A DNA stretch of 15,061 bases from a virus. Each line of letters opens with the position of its first letter. Position 1 is the first letter of the stretch. The translations under genes and the position numbers were made by a program. Shown here piece after piece: positions 8,520-14,969 of this stretch. Location: IMG/VR virus record IMGVR_UViG_3300021400_000072. One strand, written 5' to 3'. A model generated the notes under the pieces. It saw only the letters and a list, made by a program, of their open reading frames with translations. It was not told the origin of the DNA and ran no database searches.

Positions 8520-10022
8520 TCTAATTACGGCATATCTTTCACTATTAATAGCTTCAAGCATTAAGTCGTAACCTGTCTTACCAGTAATAACTTGCTTGAA
8601 AATAGTAGGAGACATACCGCTTACAAACGATACATTAGGACCTGCATCCAGGATTGTATTCTGGCGGGCATCCACATTCCAATAGACCAGCTTAGGAAGC
8701 TGTAGGCCATAAGCTGCCCACTTCTGACGAATCTTCTCCATCTCTGTTGAAGCAGAACGCTTTGTCCAATGACTATCACTCCAATAACCAGTACCACTAT
8801 CAATTTCCATATCAGAAATAACTACAATGGTCTTAGGAATGTCACTCTGCTTAACACCTCTCTTAGTTGCTGTCTTTAGAAGTAAATCAAATACAGCTTC
8901 TAGGTTAGTATTATCACAAAGATTTGTCTTGTAGATACGGCGAGCCTTATCTACAAAATCAATACCTTCTGTCTTAATCAGCTGAGGATGTGAAGCAAAA
9001 CTAATATAGTAATTCTTAAAAGGACCACCAATACGTTCTGCGCAATACAAACCTAGACTGATTGCTACGTTAAGAGGAGCCGCCGCATCTTTACCAGTCA
9101 TAGAACCAGAAGTATCTACGACACACATCATGCTACAATCCTTACCATTAAGATAATCAGGAAGATTATCCCAATACTTATTAATCATAGCACGTTCAGT
9201 TTCACTAAGAGCCTCAAAGTTGTAAGACCATGTTGAAGCCTTAACTGCCTTAGCTACCACTTCATAAGGGTAAAGTACAGAAGCATTAACCTTTGTATTC
9301 TTATCTTTTGCAAAAGATTCATACTTCTTAGCGATAATATCACGTCTTGCAAAAGCATTACGATAAATAATACCTGCGCGAGAAGGAATCTTATCAAACT
9401 CAATCTTATCCCATTCGTTGGCGGACATCAGTCTTTCAAGAACATTAATCTTAACTCTTAGCTTTGAAAGCATCTGACGATACTGCTTAGAAGTAACTCC
9501 TAAATACTGTCTAATCTTCTTTGCTCTTGCAATTGTTTCCTTACTTGAAGCATTTTCAGAAGGAAGCCACTTAGCGATAAGGCTAATACCATTCTTCTTA
9601 CATGCCATATCCTCACGAAGCTGCTTTTCAATAAGAGCCATTACATTCTTTTCAACAGGAGTGTCGAAAAGTTCGAACAGGTCATCATATCTACCATATT
9701 CAGGAAGATATTCAATCAAGTTACGGGCGCGGGCAGGCTTGTTCTCTGCCAACCAGCGGAAGCATGTACGGAAGAATCTACGTTCACCCTGACCACCACG
9801 GCAGTCACGAATATAGAATAGACACTTCAGTGCAAGAACTGAATCCTCTTCAAAGGCGTTCTTGAAAAGAAGGATACAATCTTCGTCTGTACGCTTACGA
9901 TAAGCGGCACCCATAGCAAACAATGTATAAACGTCACTATTTAACTTTTTATAAGCGAGTGCTCCATTCTCTGTTCTCTTGTAATTGAAATCGTTTGAAA
10001 GCTGATTCATAAATGTATTCAT
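8517..10022 (-). CDS. vWA-domain protein with MIDAS motif (VVDTSGSM). Its N-terminal alpha-helical module resembles the DUF2828 family and the TROVE (Ro60-like) module (TENGALAY...LFAMGAAYRK).
   Basis: 501-aa uninterrupted ORF; DxSGS MIDAS signature near residue 300; N-terminal motif pattern similar to the Ro60 N-x-x-G-x-x-A-F...L-F/I-x-L-G motif; family assignment from memory, not searched. Confidence 0.7.
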   Translation of the reverse strand: MNTFMNQLSNDFNYKRTENGALAYKKLNSDVYTLFAMGAAYRKRTDEDCILLFKNAFEEDSVLALKCLFYIRDCRGGQGERRFFRTCFRWLAENKPARARNLIEYLPEYGRYDDLFELFDTPVEKNVMALIEKQLREDMACKKNGISLIAKWLPSENASSKETIARAKKIRQYLGVTSKQYRQMLSKLRVKINVLERLMSANEWDKIEFDKIPSRAGIIYRNAFARRDIIAKKYESFAKDKNTKVNASVLYPYEVVAKAVKASTWSYNFEALSETERAMINKYWDNLPDYLNGKDCSMMCVVDTSGSMTGKDAAAPLNVAISLGLYCAERIGGPFKNYYISFASHPQLIKTEGIDFVDKARRIYKTNLCDNTNLEAVFDLLLKTATKRGVKQSDIPKTIVVISDMEIDSGTGYWSDSHWTKRSASTEMEKIRQKWAAYGLQLPKLVYWNVDARQNTILDAGPNVSFVSGMSPTIFKQVITGKTGYDLMLEAINSERYAVIR

Positions 10023-10047
10023 AATCCTTTTATCTCCTTTACTTTTG

Positions 10048-10251
10048 TCAAAGTATGTCTTTATTTAAATTGGAAAATTTTCTTACTCTTTCTTCAAATG
10101 TCATATTTGGAGTAGCTATTGCAATTGAACGTGCTTTTAAATATCCTAATGCTGTACATCCTTTATGATTTTTAGCATATAAAATTGCACGCTTACATAG
10201 AATAAGACTCATTCCAGTTTTTTCTCTTAATATTTTTACTTTTTTTATCAT
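10048..10251 (-). CDS. Small hypothetical protein (67 aa); faint resemblance to a UBA-like / EF-Ts N-terminal fold (LREKTGMSLILCKRAI)
   Basis: ORF only; sits between the vWA gene and the tRNA array on the same strand. Confidence 0.3.
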   Translation of the reverse strand: MIKKVKILREKTGMSLILCKRAILYAKNHKGCTALGYLKARSIAIATPNMTFEERVRKFSNLNKDIL

Positions 10252-10352
10252 ATTTAAAAAATAAATTTTATTCTTTGCCTATCTATTTCTCTGCAAATAA
10301 GTAATTTTATTAAAAATAATTTTGTTTTCTTTTTCATAAAATACTCCTTTAA

Positions 10353-10424
10353 TACTCCCAGCGGGAATCGAACCCACATCGAAGGCTTAGAAGGCCTTTG
10401 CTTTATCCTTTAAACTATAGGAGT
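10353..10424 (-). tRNA. tRNA-Arg (anticodon TCT)
   Basis: Hand-folded cloverleaf: 7-bp acceptor (one G-U), T-loop TTCGATT, anticodon stem AAGGC/GCCTT, loop CTTCTAA. Confidence 0.7.
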
Positions 10425-10520
10425 ATAATAAGGCTCTTTGCTACTTCTTTTCCCAACCTTCTGAGTGATGGTACTTACACAGCGGTTCGCTTCAGATTTT
10501 CAGAATTACCTTATATTAAA

Positions 10521-10592
10521 TATCCCATACAAGAATCGAACTCGCATTTTTAGGGCCGTAACCTAACGGTTTATCCATTAGCCTAATGGGAT
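10521..10592 (-). tRNA. tRNA-Arg (anticodon ACG), slightly atypical (G37, one D-stem mismatch)
   Basis: Perfect 7-bp acceptor ATCCCAT/ATGGGAT; anticodon stem TTAGG/CCTAA, loop TTACGGC; T-loop TTCGATT. Confidence 0.55.
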
Positions 10593-10597
10593 ATAAT

Positions 10598-10667
10598 TGC
10601 GCCACTACGAATCGAACGTAAATCTCCCCCGTATGCAAGGGGGTATGTTACCATTACACCACGGCGC
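10598..10667 (-). tRNA. tRNA-like with 8-nt anticodon loop TTGCATAC (contains CAT; Met/Ile2-like with one extra nucleotide). Possible pseudogene or noncanonical tRNA.
   Basis: Acceptor GCGCCGT/GTGGCGC (two G-U pairs); anticodon stem CCCCC/GGGGG enclosing 8 nt; 4-bp T-stem; positions 8-9 are GG. Confidence 0.4.
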
Positions 10668-10772
10668 GAGCATTTATCATATTTTTTGTTTGTTTACGGT
10701 TAGCTACTCCGCACCCTAAACAACTTTTTTGATAAATGTTAATACAATACATTAATTAACTTTTGTACTAAA

Positions 10773-10845
10773 CAGGAGCGGAAGGATTCGAACCTTCATA
10801 ATCACGGTGTTGGAGACCGTTGCTGTACCATTGAGCCACGCCCCT
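10773..10845 (-). tRNA. tRNA-Trp (anticodon CCA)
   Basis: Perfect T-stem GAAGG/CCTTC with TTCGAAT loop; anticodon stem ACGGT/ACCGT, loop CTCCAAC; 7-bp acceptor with one G-U. Confidence 0.7.
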
Positions 10846-10852
10846 TTAGTTT

Positions 10853-11272
10853 TTAACGATACCCGTTAGAAAACCCAGGAAGATTACAATACTCACGAAT
10901 AAATTCTTCAGGAGAATTATTAAAAAGACCATCTAACTGTTCAAGAGAAAGATTAGTTTCTTTTACAATAGGATAAATCTCATACTGGAGATTTTCGCTC
11001 ATAAGTTCATTAAGAACATCGGTATATTCATCATCTGCTCCTGAAGTAGAATCTTCCATATATTCATCTAATTCATCTTCATCCCAACCTATTTCGTTGG
11101 CGGCAGCCGCTTCCAAATCATCCATAATAGAAGAATATTCTTCCATAATAGCATAAGACTCGTCAATAGCCATTTCTTCAACTTCTTCTTCAGTACCCTC
11201 TGCAACAAAATAGGATACCATTCCGTGCATTCCATTATACATCTGTTCACAAGCGATTACTGCATAAAGCAT
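10853..11272 (-). CDS. Highly acidic protein (139 aa, D/E-rich), possible DNA-mimic/anti-restriction-type protein (speculative)
   Basis: RBS aaaggaag 9 nt upstream; stop TAA; very high Asp/Glu content in translation. Confidence 0.5.
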   Translation of the reverse strand: MLYAVIACEQMYNGMHGMVSYFVAEGTEEEVEEMAIDESYAIMEEYSSIMDDLEAAAANEIGWDEDELDEYMEDSTSGADDEYTDVLNELMSENLQYEIYPIVKETNLSLEQLDGLFNNSPEEFIREYCNLPGFSNGYR

Positions 11273-11552
11273 AGTTTAAATCTTCCTTTCTTTTTTTAAT
11301 AATGCACACCACAAAATTGTACACAGGTTAAATACATGTGATGTGCTATAACCTGTTTTGCCTAGCGTTTCAGATGTGTTTTAGTCCTAATTTATTTAGG
11401 ACAATCACGCATAGTCCCATTCACATCAGGGGCTTTAGGTCTCACTGTATGTAGCCGGATTCACCCTTCCTATCCCCCACTCATACAGGATGGTTGATCG
11501 TTTTTATACCGCATCTCCATTCTACGGTCAACCGAGCATTTGACTCAGTTTA

Positions 11553-11635
11553 AGCCAGCAATAGGATTTGAACCTATATCGTTTTAGGCCTTACACTCCT
11601 TGGGGGAGCCGCTTTACCAATTAAGCTATGCTGAC
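11553..11635 (-). tRNA. Type II (long variable arm) tRNA-like, anticodon CAA (Leu) by position but with poor anticodon-stem pairing; possibly degenerate
   Basis: Good acceptor (GTCAGCA/TGCTGGC), D-arm GCTT/AAGC and T-arm ATAGG/CCTAT. The anticodon region folds best as a CTCC/GGAG stem with a 5-nt loop. The variable arm forms no clear hairpin. Confidence 0.4.
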
Positions 11636-11643
11636 ATTTTTAG

Positions 11644-11715
11644 CAGGCCCAGATGGAATCGAACCATCACATCGTGAGTCAAAGTCACGTGCGCTAGCCG
11701 TTACGCTATGGGCCC
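11644..11715 (-). tRNA. tRNA-Gln (anticodon TTG)
   Basis: Anticodon stem CGTGA/TCACG, loop CTTTGAC; T-arm GATGG/CCATC; acceptor GGGCCC/GGGCCT. Confidence 0.7.
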
Positions 11716-11734
11716 ATATACAAGAGACATTATT

Positions 11735-11806
11735 AGTAGACCGCGGGATTCGAACCCGCATATCAAAATTCGCAGTTTTGTATCTTATCCATTAGATTAA
11801 ATCCAT
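11735..11806 (-). tRNA. tRNA-like element with intact T-arm, anticodon arm (loop CTGCGAA, anticodon GCG) and D-arm, but a 5' acceptor strand that cannot pair with the 3' strand; probable pseudo-tRNA or tRNA mimic
   Basis: T-stem GCGGG/CCCGC, anticodon stem CAAAA/TTTTG, D-stem ATCT/AGAT all perfect; expected 5' strand GGTCTAC is absent (observed ATGGATT). Confidence 0.35.
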
Positions 11807-11884
11807 TAATTTTTTTTATTGCTGTGTGTCTCTTTATCAACTTTCTATATATATTATAATAAAAATTTTTATTTTTTTCAAATA

Positions 11885-11959
11885 AGCACAGAGTGGGATT
11901 TGAACCCACGAATAACGGTTTTGCAGACCGCTGCGGTAACCAGGCTGCGCCATCCGTGC
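11885..11959 (-). tRNA. tRNA-Cys (anticodon GCA)
   Basis: T-stem GTGGG/CCCAC; anticodon loop CTGCAAA; 7-bp acceptor with one G-U. Confidence 0.7.
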
Positions 11960-11963
11960 AAAA

Positions 11964-12003
11964 GAAAGGGATATGAAACGTATAAATTTCATACCCTTTT
12001 TTA
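11964..12003. terminator. Hairpin terminator (about 13-bp stem with one bulge, loop cgtataaa, T-runs on both sides) between - gene 12006..12194 and tRNA-Cys
   Basis: Direct inspection. Confidence 0.6.
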
Positions 12004-12005
12004 AA

Positions 12006-12194
12006 TTAATCGACCGATTTTACTTCAATATATTTAGGCTTGATTAAAACCTGTTTCTGTAATGCATGAGTTATCTGGAACATGCGGAAACGTGCTTCCC
12101 GCCTAGCTTCATCTCGTTCTTTTTTATTCTCAATATCATTAACAGGATTAAAAGATTCCAATGCATTAGTGCCTATTGTTTTCCACTTAGACAT
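12006..12194 (-). CDS. Small basic hypothetical protein (62 aa)
   Basis: ORF with RBS aaggagag upstream; followed (transcript sense) by a hairpin terminator. Confidence 0.4.
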   Translation of the reverse strand: MSKWKTIGTNALESFNPVNDIENKKERDEARREARFRMFQITHALQKQVLIKPKYIEVKSVD

Positions 12195-12208
12195 TAATAA
12201 ACTCTCCT

Positions 12209-12556
12209 TTAGTTAAGAAAATCCTTCAAAATTCTTTCAAATTCATTGCTGGTAATAGGAGTCGCTACAGGTCTCTTTTCTTTCTGCGAAGGTGACTCCA
12301 GAACAGCTTCTACTAAATCTACCAGCAAAGGATTTTCATTTTCATATGTTTTAACATATTTAAGAATTTCTTTATTAAGAGCCTGAATCTTTTCTTCAAG
12401 GTTTGCTTTTGCGATAGCCTTTTCTGCTTCAAATCTACGTTTTTCTTCTGCTTCTTTACGTTTCTCTTCTGCTTCTGTCTTCTTTTTGAGTTCAGCTTCA
12501 ATACATTCTTTTTCTGAATCAAAAATCTCATCCAGAACTTCACTATAAAATTTCAT
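12209..12556 (-). CDS. Lys/Glu-rich coiled-coil hypothetical protein (115 aa)
   Basis: RBS gagaggaaaaaagaATG; charged heptad-like EEKRKEAEEKRR repeats. Confidence 0.5.
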   Translation of the reverse strand: MKFYSEVLDEIFDSEKECIEAELKKKTEAEEKRKEAEEKRRFEAEKAIAKANLEEKIQALNKEILKYVKTYENENPLLVDLVEAVLESPSQKEKRPVATPITSNEFERILKDFLN

Positions 12557-12597
12557 TCTTTTTTCCTCTCTTTTTTAAAATATTTTTATTAACGAAA

Positions 12598-12671
12598 GGT
12601 GGCTAACGGGACTTGAACCCGTAACAGGCGGTACCACAAACCGCTGGACTACCAAATTGTCCTATAACCAC
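12598..12671 (-). tRNA. tRNA-His (anticodon GTG), discriminator C
   Basis: Anticodon stem GCGGT/ACCGC, loop TTGTGGT; T-stem ACGGG/CCCGT; discriminator C73 as expected for His. Confidence 0.7.
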
Positions 12672-12673
12672 AG

Positions 12674-12747
12674 CTGGAGTGGTGAGACTCGAACTCACGG
12701 CATCGTGATCCCAAATCACGCATTCTAGCCAACTGAATTACACCCCA
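12674..12747 (-). tRNA. tRNA-Pro (anticodon TGG)
   Basis: Anticodon stem CGTGA/TCACG, loop TTTGGGA; D-stem ATTC/GAAT; T-stem GTGAG/CTCAC; 2 nt from tRNA-His. Confidence 0.7.
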
Positions 12748-12806
12748 ATATACAAGACACATAAATAAGTATTGATCTACCCATTGATCTATTTTGTCTA
12801 TTCTGG

Positions 12807-12851
12807 CAACAAAAATCGGATTTGAACCGATAACATATACTAAACGTATAA
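12807..12851 (-). tRNA. tRNA 3'-half remnant (acceptor 3' strand + T-arm) followed by a short hairpin; no matching 5' half
   Basis: T-stem ATCGG/CCGAT with ATTTGAA loop; no complementary acceptor strand downstream; flanked by attgctgtgtgtgtc motif. Confidence 0.3.
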
Positions 12852-12880
12852 ATTGCTGTGTGTGTCTTATTATTAAATTA

Positions 12881-13114
12881 TTAACCTAACATAGCAAAAT
12901 CTATAAATCTTTTTACATCATCTGCATTATAACAAACCAATTCCATCTCAGGAATATTTGAATCTTCAAACATCTTAGCAAAAGCAATATATTGAGTAAG
13001 ACGACTCTTTAGATTTAATCTATCGCCTTCTTCTGTTACTAATTCAACTTTTCCTGTACACTTATCAACTGTTTCAAAAAACTTTTTAATATCATTAATA
13101 TGATATAACTTCAT
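12881..13114 (-). CDS. Small hypothetical protein (77 aa)
   Basis: RBS aaaaggagaataaATG; stop TAA. Confidence 0.45.
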   Translation of the reverse strand: MKLYHINDIKKFFETVDKCTGKVELVTEEGDRLNLKSRLTQYIAFAKMFEDSNIPEMELVCYNADDVKRFIDFAMLG

Positions 13115-13235
13115 TTATTCTCCTTTTATATAATCTCTATAAGTACAATATTCTTCAAACGTTCCTTTGAAGCCATTTTCAACAGCCTTAGAATATTCTT
13201 CATTTAGAACTTTTGAATAACTTATAGATTCCTAA

Positions 13236-13541
13236 TTAAACTACATAACCGATTGCTAACTCATCTGTATACTCTCTTTCTCTTGCGGTCATTGCAAGAA
13301 AACGTTTAATGTCAGAATGGCTCCACCAGTGTCCGCCATGTCTACCTTTTTCTTCTCCAAACGCCGGTCTACGCTTAGAAACTTTAGGTTTACAAAGAGA
13401 ACATGAACAATGAATTTTACCTTTACTATACTGATGAAGGTGAGGATACCATTCACTACCATCTCTTTCTTTACAAATTTTCTGCTTTCTGATTGCCTTT
13501 GTCCAATCATTATGTCTCTTTTCTGCAAGTGTTCTACACAT
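13236..13541 (-). CDS. Cys/His-rich small protein (101 aa), probable zinc-binding; embedded in tRNA array
   Basis: Internal ATG (13539-13541) has RBS aaggag 8 nt upstream; the longer ORF-track start (13616) would overlap tRNA-Ser; CSCSLC ... HGGHWWSH motifs. Confidence 0.45.
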   Translation of the reverse strand: MCRTLAEKRHNDWTKAIRKQKICKERDGSEWYPHLHQYSKGKIHCSCSLCKPKVSKRRPAFGEEKGRHGGHWWSHSDIKRFLAMTAREREYTDELAIGYVV

Positions 13542-13574
13542 GATAAACTCCTTTGAAACTAGGTTAACAGAAAG

Positions 13575-13659
13575 CGGTGCGAGAGGGATTCGAACCCCCA
13601 GCCCAATTAAGAGCAACGGTTTTCAAGACCGCACCTCCTCCCCACTAAGGTACCGCACC
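13575..13659 (-). tRNA. tRNA-Ser (anticodon TGA), type II
   Basis: 85 nt; anticodon stem + loop CTTGAAA; long variable arm; T-loop TTCGAAT. Confidence 0.65.
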
Positions 13660-13842
13660 ATATCAAGGCTTAAAAAGTTTCATTTTCTCTTTTTTCAGAG
13701 GTCAATTCCTATTAAGAATAAGAAATAGAAAACTTTCAAATAAAAGAAACTTGTCTATTTTACGACCAAAATTCTCCTAAGAATCATGTTAAATCTTGTA
13801 ATTTTAAACCCATTAAAAATAAAATTGCCGTATAAGCCTTAG

Positions 13843-13930
13843 CGCGGATGAGTGGATTCGAACCACCGGACCCAAATGTAGGGTCAATACCTTAGCAGGG
13901 TACCGCATTAAACCTCTCTGCCACATCCGC
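13843..13930 (-). tRNA. tRNA-Ser (anticodon GCT), type II
   Basis: 88 nt; perfect acceptor GCGGATG/CATCCGC; variable-arm hairpin GACCC/GGGTC; anticodon loop CTGCTAA. Confidence 0.7.
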
Positions 13931-13939
13931 AAATTGGGA

Positions 13940-14012
13940 TAGCCCGCCGGAGAATCGAACTCCGATTTCTGGTTTTAGAGACCAGCGTCTTAAACCGTTT
14001 GACCACCGGGCC
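13940..14012 (-). tRNA. Amber suppressor tRNA (anticodon CTA, decodes UAG); type I, amino-acid identity not determinable by eye
   Basis: Perfect 5-bp anticodon stem CTGGT/ACCAG with 7-nt loop CTCTAAA (U33, anticodon CUA, A37); perfect T-stem CGGAG/CTCCG with TTCGATT loop; acceptor 6/7 bp. Confidence 0.7.
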
Positions 14013-14137
14013 ATACCAAGACAGATTAAAAATTGCTTTAATTAGATTACAAGTCCAATGCAAAAATTAAAATAGATTGCTGTTTCTGTCTTTCATCTTA
14101 TAAATATATTATATAATAATTTTTTTAAAAAATCAAA

Positions 14138-14211
14138 TGCATGATATAGGATTTGAACCTATGCCCCTTTCGGTGTAAACGAAATGCTCATCCCAGCTGA
14201 GCTAATCATGC
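14138..14211 (-). tRNA. tRNA-Val (anticodon TAC)
   Basis: Perfect acceptor GCATGAT/ATCATGC; anticodon stem TTTCG/CGAAA, loop TTTACAC; D-stem GCTC/GAGC. Confidence 0.75.
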
Positions 14212-14379
14212 ATATTGGCGGGAAACTCCCGCCTAATCCGACTTTTGAGTTTCACAGGTATCGGGGAGGAACCAGGGATTAAATCCAGCCCACCTTAATA
14301 TTTAGTTTCCCATCTCCTCGGGGTAACTAACAAACCTGAGGGTCTTCCATATCGCACGTGCATATTGATATAGAATAAA

Positions 14380-14455
14380 TGGACCGTGTGGGAATTGAAC
14401 CCACCTGATTTTCTGTGTGCAAGACAGATGACCACCCCGTGCAGTCCCACAGCCC
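14380..14455 (-). tRNA. tRNA-Ala (anticodon TGC)
   Basis: Anticodon stem TCTGT/ACAGA, loop CTTGCAC; T-stem GTGGG/CCCAC; acceptor GGGCTGT/ACGGTCC with two G-U; 7-nt variable region. Confidence 0.55.
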
Positions 14456-14681
14456 AGTACTAAGAGGCTTGATTACCCTCTTTACAGCAGTTTGATCCTG
14501 CTTGCCGATGACGTTATAGGTCCGCCGCCCGCACATTTATTTGCTAAAACACGGTTTCCAGGGTATCTTTGTATAATCACATTACCGCAAAGAGGTATAT
14601 ACCTTTATCATATTATAGACGCGTTTCTATAATATTCTCCCAAATTTTTTATTGTACATAGATGGTAAAGAGACAATAAAA

Positions 14682-14755
14682 TACTACGAAGTGGACTCGA
14701 ACCACTGACGACTTCCTTATCAGAGAAGCATTCTAACCTACTGAATTATCGTAGT
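14682..14755 (-). tRNA. tRNA-Ile (anticodon GAT)
   Basis: Perfect acceptor ACTACGA/TCGTAGT; T-stem AGTGG/CCACT; anticodon loop CTGATAA. Confidence 0.75.
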
Positions 14756-14969
14756 AAATAAGGGTTAAAAGGAAAGGAAAATGCATTTTTACTTCGTAAT
14801 AACCTTTCTCAGTTAACCATCTAATTTTTATGCCTGTCTAGCCTTATACTAGAATATTACATATGCGATAAGTTGTTCTGTTGCATCGCTATTTTGAACT
14901 ATCCCTGTCTCCTTATCAAAATTAGACACCTTTACTATATTTCAAGGCTTTTTGCGGCGTCCCGCTTAG

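Noticed and set aside
8621-8803. ORF 8621..8803 (-) in alternate frame of vWA gene
   Set aside because: Nested in the 501-aa gene in a different frame
10671-10735. Long-range inverted repeat catttatca ... tgataaatg flanking a 45-nt segment
   Set aside because: Only 9 bp pair across a large AT-rich loop; likely chance in AT-rich spacer. Mentioned for completeness.
11819-12004. + strand ORF 11819..12004
   Set aside because: Runs antisense through tRNA-Cys and the terminator hairpin; no RBS
12319-12543. ORF 12319..12543 (-), alternate frame
   Set aside because: Overlaps gene 12209..12556; Lys-rich frame artefact of GAA/AAG repeats
13289-13728. ORFs 13289..13528 (-) and 13540..13728 (+)
   Set aside because: The first is an alternate frame of the Cys/His gene; the second runs antisense across tRNA-Ser
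14327-14536. ORF 14327..14536 (-)
   Set aside because: Overlaps tRNA-Ala and structured spacer; no RBS
14541-14577. + strand sigma-70-like promoter (ttgcta ... tataat)
   Set aside because: The spacer between the hexamers is about 25 nt, and there is nothing on the + strand downstream to transcribe.
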